A stretch of 14,696 nucleotides of DNA from Trueperaceae bacterium. GTDB lineage: Bacteria > Deinococcota > Deinococci > Deinococcales > Trueperaceae. The notes under the pieces were generated by a model that had not been told where the DNA came from, did not search any database, and was given only the letters and a program-made list of their open reading frames with translations. This document shows positions 1 to 5,942 of the stretch, in pieces. The stretch spans positions 1 through 14,696 of the forward strand of contig JBBDRK010000064.1 in NCBI GenBank assembly GCA_040905465.1. The letters are read 5' to 3'. Made by a program: the position numbers and the translations under genes. The number at the start of each line of letters is the position of its first letter. Position 1 is the stretch's first letter.

Positions 1-1
1 C

Positions 2-778
2 GTGGCCGCCGCAGTGTTCTCGGGAATGATAACGAGCAATCTCGGTTTGCTCGAGGTTCCGCACCTGATTGCGCCGGTTGGTCCTACCGAACTTGCTACC
101 GCTGTCCGGCGACGCGATTTTCCGGAGATCACTCCGTTACCTTGCTATTTCATACCCGGCGTGCGCACGTCGAGTCAGGGCGACAATCTCGCGGACCTGG
201 ATGTACTGCGCGGTGAGGAGGTCGAGATCATGGGTCTGCGGAGCCTGCTCAGCATTACGTCGGATGCTGTCTTCTTGCACTATGGATCGCACCACAAAGC
301 TATCAACGTCGACGCAGAAGGCAAGATCCTTGCATCCAAGACATCACTTACCGGGGAGCTGTTTTCTGCACTGAGCGAACACACCATGCTGAAGGGCAGC
401 CTGGAGTCCGTCGAAGCTTCGGCAATCGTGGAGGAAGCCTGGAGGCATGGCCTCGCCGACGGTAAGCGAGTGGGCGTTGGGCGAGCGCTCTTCCTCGTGC
501 GGGTCGGTGAACAGATCGCGGGCTACAGCAAGTCTTATATGACCTCTTACCTGCTGGGAGTACTCACGTTGCTCGACTTGTCGTTACTCGACGAAATGAA
601 AAGCCGGCGGCTCGTCCTTTACGGTCGCGGCAAGCTCAAGCACATCTTGGCCGAGTATCTGCATGGTCGTGGTTTGGTTGAGATCGTGCTCGTCGACGAC
701 GACACAGCCGACGTCGCGGCAGCGATTGGCGCCGCGGAGTTGATGCTGCGGGTAGGCGCTGTCTTCAAGGAGCGATAG
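2..778 (+). CDS. dgoK: 2-dehydro-3-deoxygalactonokinase (5'-truncated by window edge)
   Basis: Motifs SGMITSNLGLLEVPH, DVLRGEE, GSHHK and SLTGELF match the DgoK family. It lies upstream of dgoD. The frame is open from the window start, so the true start is outside the window. Confidence 0.85.
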   Translation: MAAAVFSGMITSNLGLLEVPHLIAPVGPTELATAVRRRDFPEITPLPCYFIPGVRTSSQGDNLADLDVLRGEEVEIMGLRSLLSITSDAVFLHYGSHHKAINVDAEGKILASKTSLTGELFSALSEHTMLKGSLESVEASAIVEEAWRHGLADGKRVGVGRALFLVRVGEQIAGYSKSYMTSYLLGVLTLLDLSLLDEMKSRRLVLYGRGKLKHILAEYLHGRGLVEIVLVDDDTADVAAAIGAAELMLRVGAVFKER

Positions 779-885
779 TGACGGTTCCAGTCGGACACGC
801 CGTGGCCGCGGCGGTGACGTATACGGAGTCGCTGGCGAAGAGGCTGGTAGAGGCCGTCGAACACGGTCGGGAGGAGCGATCGTGA
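778..885 (+). pseudogene. 35-aa mini-ORF bridging dgoK and dgoD; probable internally deleted KDPGal/KDPG aldolase (dgoA/eda) relic
   Basis: SD AAGGAG at 767-772. GTG 778-780 shares 1 nt with the dgoK TAG, and TGA 883-885 overlaps the dgoD GTG (GTGA). Peptide MTVPVGHAVAAAVTYTESLAKRLVEAVEHGREERS; the C-terminal half resembles the terminal helix of Eda/DgoA aldolases. It occupies the dgoA position of dgoK-dgoA-dgoD. Confidence 0.5.
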
Positions 886-2036
886 ATTCGAGCGGAAAAG
901 TAGCCAAGGTTGAAATATTCAAAGTGCCGCCACGCTGGGTATTCGTTCGTATCGAGACGGACTGTGGGCTGATCGGCTGGGGCGAGCCTTCCCTGGAAGG
1001 ACGAGCCGATACGGTAGTGGTTGCAGTTCGTGAACTGGCGGGATACCTCGTTGGAAAGAACGCCTTTGCCATCGAGGATCACTTCCAGGTGTTGTATCGA
1101 GGTGGCTTTTACCGGGGAGGGCCCGTGCTGATGACCGCGCTTTCTGGGCTGGAGCAGGCGCTCTGGGACATCAAAGGGAAGGCGTTGGGCGTGCCGGTGT
1201 ACGAACTGCTGGGTGGGGCCGCCCGCTCACGCGTGCGTGTATATAACTGGATCGGTGGCGATCGGCCAGCAGATGTCGCAAATGGTGTTTCAACGCAGCA
1301 GGCTCGTGGCCTGACGGCGGTAAAGATGAACGCTACCGAGGAACTTCATTACGTCGACAGCCATTCCAAAATAGATGAAGCGGTGGCTCGCGTCGCGGCC
1401 GCGCGTGAAGCAGGTGGACCCGACCTGAACATCGGAGTGGACTTCCACGGTCGCGTCCACAAGCCAATGGCAAAGATCCTCGCGGGCGAACTGGAGACCT
1501 TCCGCCCGATGTTCATAGAAGAACCTGTGCCGCCCGGGAACAACGAGGCCCTGCTCGAGATCGCTCGACACACATCGATACCGATCGCGGTCGGAGAAAG
1601 GATGTACACGAGGTGGGACTTCAAGTCGGTGCTGCTCGACGGGTCGGTAGCCATCGTTCAGCCCGATCTGTCACACGCGGGCGGCATCCTCGAAGTTCGC
1701 AAGATCTCGGCGATGGCCGAAGCCTTCGACGTGGCTGTGGCCCCCCATTGCCCACTCGGGCCGATTTCGCTGGCGGCCGCATTGCAACTCGATGCCTGCA
1801 CGCCGAACGTTTTCATTCAGGAACAGAGCCAGGACATTCATTACAACGATGGTCTCGACATCTTTGAATACCTGGCTACGCCGTTCGTGTACCAGAATGG
1901 GTTCGTTGACGTACCCTCGGGCCCTGGACTCGGCATCGAGGTGAACGAGGAAGTCGTAAGAGAAAGGGCGGGCGATCCACCTGACTGGCACAACCCTGTA
2001 TGGCGGAACGACGACGGTACCGTAGCCGAGTGGTGA
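882..2036 (+). CDS. dgoD: D-galactonate dehydratase (mandelate racemase/enolase superfamily)
   Basis: PPRWVFVRIETD, GWGEP, LYRGGFYRGGP, KMN, DFHGR, FIEEP, GER, APHCPLGP and the C-terminal WHNPVWRNDDGTVAEW are typical of DgoD. SD GGGAGGAG at 869-876. Confidence 0.95.
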   Translation: MNSSGKVAKVEIFKVPPRWVFVRIETDCGLIGWGEPSLEGRADTVVVAVRELAGYLVGKNAFAIEDHFQVLYRGGFYRGGPVLMTALSGLEQALWDIKGKALGVPVYELLGGAARSRVRVYNWIGGDRPADVANGVSTQQARGLTAVKMNATEELHYVDSHSKIDEAVARVAAAREAGGPDLNIGVDFHGRVHKPMAKILAGELETFRPMFIEEPVPPGNNEALLEIARHTSIPIAVGERMYTRWDFKSVLLDGSVAIVQPDLSHAGGILEVRKISAMAEAFDVAVAPHCPLGPISLAAALQLDACTPNVFIQEQSQDIHYNDGLDIFEYLATPFVYQNGFVDVPSGPGLGIEVNEEVVRERAGDPPDWHNPVWRNDDGTVAEW

Positions 2037-2092
2037 GCTCTCGTCGCTTATCGAGATTGATGCGGCGTCCCTGCGACAACTGTGACTCGCGG

Positions 2093-2098
2093 TACACT
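2093..2098 (+). promoter_or_regulatory. Candidate -10 box (TACACT) for the Yip1-type gene
   Basis: TANNNT hexamer 17 nt upstream of SD AGGAGG (2116-2121). No recognisable -35. Confidence 0.4.
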
Positions 2099-2126
2099 GC
2101 CGGCAGGATTCAATTAGGAGGCCCCA

Positions 2127-2672
2127 ATGGCGGCGAACTCGTCGATATCCGAGATGGTCAACCAGAGCCGCACTGTTCTTACCAGCCCAAGCGTCGCTAC
2201 TTTCGAGCGATTCGAGCACCAGGGCACGCTCAAGGACGCACTGGTGTACGTAGCGCTCGCCGCGGCCATCACCGGAGTGTTCGGCCTGACCGAGGGCCTC
2301 GCGGGGTTCGTGCGGAATATCCTCGTCACTCTCATAGGCTTCTTCGTCTTTACCTACCTGGTGCACTGGTTCGGCAAGCAACGGGGTGGTACCGGCACCC
2401 TGGACGAGGTCGCCTACACGTTCGCGCTCTTCTGGGCGCCGTTGTCGGTGCTGTTCGGCCTTGTGACGCTGCTCCTCGCCATCACCATCGTCGGTCTGGT
2501 ACTGGTGCCGCTCGTCGCCCTGATCGCGCTCGCCCTGAACATCTACTTCGCCTACCTGGCAGTGCAGTCGAGCATGAACCTCTCGAGCGGCGGTCCCACC
2601 TGGGGCGTGCTGCTCCTGGCGGCGCTGGGGTCGTTTCTGGTGAACGTCGTCCTGGGCGCCCTGCTGTTCTGA
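2127..2672 (+). CDS. Yip1-family integral membrane protein
   Basis: 181 aa with about 5 hydrophobic segments. N-terminal 'VLTSPSVATFE' and central 'GGTGTLDEVAYTFALFWAP' fit the Yip1 pattern. Strong SD AGGAGG 5 nt before ATG. Confidence 0.75.
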   Translation: MAANSSISEMVNQSRTVLTSPSVATFERFEHQGTLKDALVYVALAAAITGVFGLTEGLAGFVRNILVTLIGFFVFTYLVHWFGKQRGGTGTLDEVAYTFALFWAPLSVLFGLVTLLLAITIVGLVLVPLVALIALALNIYFAYLAVQSSMNLSSGGPTWGVLLLAALGSFLVNVVLGALLF

Positions 2673-2698
2673 GCTTGCCGGTGTTCTGAACCTGCCGG
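2665..2698. repeat. Imperfect 17-bp tandem duplication spanning the stop codon
   Basis: TGTTCTGAGCTTGCCGG (2665-2681) followed by TGTTCTGAACCTGCCGG (2682-2698); 15/17 identical. Confidence 0.8.
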
Positions 2699-2815
2699 CC
2701 TACGGTCGACGAACCCGGCAGTTCGCCCTATGGGACGTCACGGGAAGACCGGTAGCAGTAAACTGTCCGACGCTTTCGCCGATGCGCGAACGATCGAGCA
2801 AATTCGCTCCGTCGC

Positions 2816-2841
2816 GCGTGACAACCTGGCGTGACAACCTG
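2816..2841. repeat. Perfect 13-bp tandem duplication
   Basis: GCGTGACAACCTG at 2816-2828 and 2829-2841. Confidence 0.9.
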
Positions 2842-2842
2842 A

Positions 2843-2870
2843 AGAGCGCCTGGCCGGGGCCAAGCGCTCT
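2843..2870 (-). terminator. Stem-loop downstream of the cold-shock gene, probable terminator
   Basis: Minus-strand RNA AGAGCGCUUGGC-CCCG-GCCAGGCGCUCU forms a 12-bp stem with one G-U pair (a C-A mismatch on the + strand, which favours minus orientation). It lies 42 nt after the csp stop, between convergent genes. The U-tract is weak. Confidence 0.6.
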
Positions 2871-2912
2871 CATTACTGTTCTGCTCGATTCCTTTTTAGT
2901 CAGCGGTCCCGC

Positions 2913-3128
2913 TTAGCGGGCGCCTTCCGTGACAGTCACGTTCGCTGCCTGCAGACCTTTGGGGCCCTGCTGCACTTCGTACTCGACCTTGTCACCCTCA
3001 TTGAGCTCGCGATATCCGTCGCCGCTGATGGCCGAGAAGTGTACGAACACATCCGCGCCGCCGTCGGTCTGCTCGATGAAGCCGAAGCCCTTTTCGCCAT
3101 TGAACCACTTTACTGTACCTGTAGACAT
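2913..3128 (-). CDS. cspA: Cold-shock protein (CspA family)
   Basis: [15 protein letters not shown] (RNP1), DVFVHFSAI (RNP2), [10 protein letters not shown]; 71 aa. The paralog letter cannot be determined. Confidence 0.96.
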   Translation of the reverse strand: MSTGTVKWFNGEKGFGFIEQTDGGADVFVHFSAISGDGYRELNEGDKVEYEVQQGPKGLQAANVTVTEGAR

Positions 3129-3243
3129 TTACAACCCATCTTTCTTCTTACTGTGCACGATTTTTCGTGCGTTTTTGGACTTGACGAGCCGTAGCTCGCA
3201 CCACAAAAAGCCTATTGAGCTTTGCTGTAGGTGATTAAGCATA
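3129..3243 (-). promoter_or_regulatory. csp promoter (-10 TATGCT) and about 100-nt structured 5' UTR
   Basis: TATGCT on the minus strand at 3243-3238. The AT-rich leader has three hairpins: 3207-3223, 3185-3198 (CGAGC-UACG-GCUCG) and 3155-3170 (GCACGA-AAAA-UCGUGC). Confidence 0.55.
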
Positions 3244-3295
3244 CACCATTGGCGAGACGACAGTGCTACCTGGACTACATGGCGGGTGGTGCCCG

Positions 3296-3988
3296 TCATT
3301 GGCGTTGGTAGCCGGCTCCACGCCGAGGCAACAGATCGCAGTAGCGGAAGCGCTCGTCTCGCAACACCTTCTCGCCTGCCTCGAAGGCAACCGGGCACCG
3401 GAACGGGGGGCCGTCGCCGACGAAGGTGTGGAACTCGCCGTTCTCGCCGCACGGATCGACCGACTCCGGGAGATCAGCCAGAAACTGCGCGTCGAAGGCT
3501 CGTCCGGCGAAGCTGCCATCGAGTGCGAACGTGTCGACGCATGCGACGCTCGCCCTGAACCCCGAACTGATGAATTCGAGCGCGAGCCCCCCGGTGTCGC
3601 GGTGCCAAAGCGGGAAAGACGCCTTCATGCCGGCTCGCTCCAGCAACCGTTCCCGATAGAGCCTTACGTCCTCGAGGAATATATCGCCTGCCGCCACGGT
3701 TCCGATTCCGTTACCGCTGAGCTCGCTCAAAACCCGTGTCATTACGGCTTCGTAGTCGGCGTTGGAGCAGGACTTGGGAATCTCGGCGGTCTTCAGGGGC
3801 AGGCCCAGGGAGTCCGCCTGCGCCTGGAGCAACGATCGGCGAACGCCATGGATGCTGATACGGTCGAACCCTTCGGTCACGGTCGTGAGAAGTGCGTGGA
3901 CTCGAAAGCGGCCTGCCTCCCTTATCGACTGCAACGCGAGAGCGCTGTCCTTGCCACCGCTCCAGAGCAATACGATCGGCTCTAGCAC
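3296..3988 (-). CDS. DUF71/Dph6-like (MJ0570-type) PP-loop ATP pyrophosphatase, diphthine-ammonia ligase family
   Basis: PP-loop WSGGKDS, HGVRRSLLQAQA, GDIFLEDVRLYRE, FPLW, DPCGENGEFHTFV. Starts 13 nt after the upstream BtuF-like gene. Confidence 0.9.
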   Translation of the reverse strand: MLEPIVLLWSGGKDSALALQSIREAGRFRVHALLTTVTEGFDRISIHGVRRSLLQAQADSLGLPLKTAEIPKSCSNADYEAVMTRVLSELSGNGIGTVAAGDIFLEDVRLYRERLLERAGMKASFPLWHRDTGGLALEFISSGFRASVACVDTFALDGSFAGRAFDAQFLADLPESVDPCGENGEFHTFVGDGPPFRCPVAFEAGEKVLRDERFRYCDLLPRRGAGYQRQ

Positions 3989-4001
3989 CGGCTCGAGAAG
4001 C

Positions 4002-4940
4002 TCACGGCAGGGCCGCCGCGTCGATCCGTGTAACCCGGTTCGGCGGTTGCCGGTCGGGACCCCATTCGGGAAACAGTTCAGGGTGCAGGATGCCGGCCAG
4101 CAACTCCAGGCTGTCTACTACGCGCGGTCCAGGGCGGCTGAAGTAGGCGCTGCCGTCGAGTGCGAACACGCGGCCGTTCCTTACCGCCGGCAGCTCCTGC
4201 CAACCGGCGTTTCCCTTCAGTGCCGGCAACTCCTCCAGGGTCCTTGCGACCGAGTTGCCGCAGCAGGCGAGCACCAGGACCTCGGGGCGAGAGTCCAGGA
4301 CCGCCTGCCAGGGGATCTGGGAAGAATCGCTGCCCTTCCGGCCCAACGGATCGTATCCACCGGCGAGCTCGACCAGCTCCGGCCCCCAGTGGCCGCTGCA
4401 GAACGGCGGATCGAGCCACTCGAGAACGATGCAACGAGGGCTTGTTACCGACCTGGTCCGGTTGCGCACCACCCCGACCCGCCGCTCCAGTCTCGTCACC
4501 ATGGCGTCGCCCAATTCGGGGGCACCGAGCACCTCGGCCACCGCGCGGATGTTGGCGAAGATGTCGACCAGCCTCGACGGCTCGAGGTTTACGACCTGCG
4601 GAGGAGTCGGAAGCGTAGCGGCGAGATGGGCGACGGAGCCGTAGCTGGGGGCGCACACATCGCACAGTTTCTGGGTGAGTATGACGTCCGGTTCAAGGCT
4701 GCGCAGCAGCGGTTCATCGATCGTATAGAGAGTGCCGCGTTCCGCCAACGTCCGGCGAACCCACTGGTCCACCTCCGCATTCGACAGCCAGGCGCCGTGG
4801 ATCTCACAGTGGGTGATCTGCGGCTTCTTTGCCACCGACGCAGGATGGTCGCAATCGTGCGATACCGCGACGAGCTCGTCGCCGAGCCCGAGCGCATACA
4901 TCATCTCGGTGGCGGCGGGCAGGAGTGAGACGACCCTCAA
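4002..4940 (-). CDS. BtuF/TroA-superfamily 'cobalamin-binding' protein without signal peptide
   Basis: Begins directly with RVVSLLPAATEMMYALG. Also VSHDCD, LEPDVILTQ, LEWLDPPF..GHW.PELVELAGG, LPAVRNGRVF and FSRPGPRVVDSLE. TTG start. Ligand unproven. Confidence 0.8.
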   Translation of the reverse strand: MRVVSLLPAATEMMYALGLGDELVAVSHDCDHPASVAKKPQITHCEIHGAWLSNAEVDQWVRRTLAERGTLYTIDEPLLRSLEPDVILTQKLCDVCAPSYGSVAHLAATLPTPPQVVNLEPSRLVDIFANIRAVAEVLGAPELGDAMVTRLERRVGVVRNRTRSVTSPRCIVLEWLDPPFCSGHWGPELVELAGGYDPLGRKGSDSSQIPWQAVLDSRPEVLVLACCGNSVARTLEELPALKGNAGWQELPAVRNGRVFALDGSAYFSRPGPRVVDSLELLAGILHPELFPEWGPDRQPPNRVTRIDAAALP

Positions 4941-4984
4941 AGCCCGTCTCTTTCCGCGGCGTTCCTGTTCGTTCGATCGGTCAT
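4937..4984 (-). CDS. Putative 15-aa leaderless uORF (MTDRTNRNAAERDGL)
   Basis: ATG 4984-4982 lies 8 nt after TATACT (4998-4993). TGA 4939-4937 overlaps the TTG start of the BtuF-like gene (TTGA). Confidence 0.3.
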   Translation of the reverse strand: MTDRTNRNAAERDGL

Positions 4985-4992
4985 CCGGTTCC

Positions 4993-4998
4993 AGTATA
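4993..4998 (-). promoter_or_regulatory. Candidate -10 box (TATACT) for the BtuF-like/DUF71 operon
   Basis: 5/6 match to TATAAT within the 89-nt GC-rich intergenic gap. Confidence 0.55.
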
Positions 4999-5029
4999 GG
5001 GCGGACAGTCGGGCAGTTCCTGGCGTCCC

Positions 5030-5401
5030 TCAGGAGGAACCGCGGCTACGCCCCAAGAGTGAGTCTGCCTTCGTATGCGCCCGCTCACGGTGCTCGTCGC
5101 TCACGCTTTTGAGCACCTCGAAGCCGGCCCAGGCGATCATGGCAGCATCGTCGCTCCAGCCGACGACCGGAAGCAGGTCGGGAATCAGGTCCGCGGGGAA
5201 GACAGTGTAGGCCAATGCCCCAGCGATTATCGTCTTGCTTTTCAGGGGCGTTGCCGGATCGACCATGCAGTAGTAGAGGGTCAGTATCTCGACCAGCATC
5301 GCTCGGCCCCACTTGGCCGCGTGCCGCCGCACGGTGACCCAGAAGCCGGCTTCGTTGTAATCCTTAGGGCTTACGTACTTGTTTTCCACTGGATTTTCCA
5401 C
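5030..5401 (-). CDS. YkvA/DUF1232 family small membrane protein
   Basis: FW..V, LTLYY, DPATPLKSKTIIAGALAYTVFPADLIPDLLPVVGWSDD is the DUF1232 signature. Alternative GTG start at 5389. Candidate -10 TAGAAT at 5474-5469. Confidence 0.88.
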   Translation of the reverse strand: MENPVENKYVSPKDYNEAGFWVTVRRHAAKWGRAMLVEILTLYYCMVDPATPLKSKTIIAGALAYTVFPADLIPDLLPVVGWSDDAAMIAWAGFEVLKSVSDEHRERAHTKADSLLGRSRGSS

Positions 5402-5542
5402 CTGCTTACTGGTCCGATCTCCTCGACAGGGTGTGGCACGGCCTTGCTTGGTCGTCCAAGGTCACGGGATTCTACCGGAGCTTCCGCCACGACACTGTGC
5501 GGCGGATACGCCCGGGAACGATCGGAACGAATTCCCGGCAGT

Positions 5543-5878
5543 TCAGCCCTGCTCGTCAAGCTCGCCGAACCAGCACCAGAAGATCTCGGCGCCCTCTGGC
5601 CCGGCGACCGCCCAGTGCCGTTCACCCGCGGGGATCAGCGTAACGTCACCCGAAACGACCGTGAAACGCTCATCGCCCGAGACGCCGGAGAGCGATCCGG
5701 ACACGATGAGCGAGAGTTCGTCGGCACCATGGGCGGAGGTGCCCTCGGCGGGGACTCGTTGATTGGGAACGAGCCGCACGCTGCCTGCGCGCAACGCCGC
5801 TTGCGGCTGCGCAGCCAGCTCGAGGAGGGTCTGTACCGGCTCGGGCGATTCAGCGGGGAAAAGGGGAAGCTTGCGCAC
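5543..5878 (-). CDS. Cupin-domain protein
   Basis: Cupin motif 1 (GTSAHGADELSLIVSG) and motif 2 (GDVTLIPAGERHW). Start placed at GTG 5878, 6 nt after -10 TAAGAT; the ORF track uses GTG 5884. Confidence 0.8.
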   Translation of the reverse strand: MRKLPLFPAESPEPVQTLLELAAQPQAALRAGSVRLVPNQRVPAEGTSAHGADELSLIVSGSLSGVSGDERFTVVSGDVTLIPAGERHWAVAGPEGAEIFWCWFGELDEQG

Positions 5879-5942
5879 CGGCACATCTTACGGCTTACCG
5901 CACAACGCCGAGTACAACCTCTACTCGCGCTATACTTACTTC
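5879..5942. promoter_or_regulatory. Divergent leaderless promoter pair with an inverted repeat
   Basis: Minus strand: TAAGAT (5890-5885) + 6 nt + GTG. Plus strand: TATACT (5931-5936) + 6 nt + GTG. Neither gene has an SD. Inverted repeat CGAGTA-N7-TACTCG at 5909-5927. Confidence 0.65.

Noticed and set aside
2700..2912. Possible ncRNA or CRISPR-like array in the Yip1-csp gap
   Set aside because: Only short scattered stems and spacer-less two-copy repeats; no recognisable RNA family and no cas genes.
3296..3988. Diphthamide biosynthesis (dph6) as the function
   Set aside because: The context is bacterial. Diphthamide is an archaeal/eukaryotic EF-2 modification and no other dph genes are present, so only the family is assigned.
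3263..4928. Plus-strand ORFs 3263-3985 and 3762-4928
   Set aside because: Antisense shadows of the well-supported DUF71 and BtuF-like genes.
4941..5029. Cobalamin riboswitch upstream of the BtuF-like gene
   Set aside because: The gap is only 89 nt (about 45 nt after the predicted TSS) and no B12-box is visible.
5406..5465. Possible 19-aa uORF upstream of ykvA after TAGAAT (5474-5469)
   Set aside because: The GTG is only 3 nt from the -10 box, so probably upstream of the TSS, and the stop does not overlap the ykvA start.
5512..5538. Inverted repeat CCGGGAA-N13-TTCCCGG after the cupin stop
   Set aside because: Short stem, large loop and no U-tract; too weak to call a terminator.
5763..5942. 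N-terminal extension of the HD-GYP ORF
   Set aside because: It overlaps the cupin gene and the divergent promoter. GTG 5943 fits the leaderless pattern and precedes the first TM helix.
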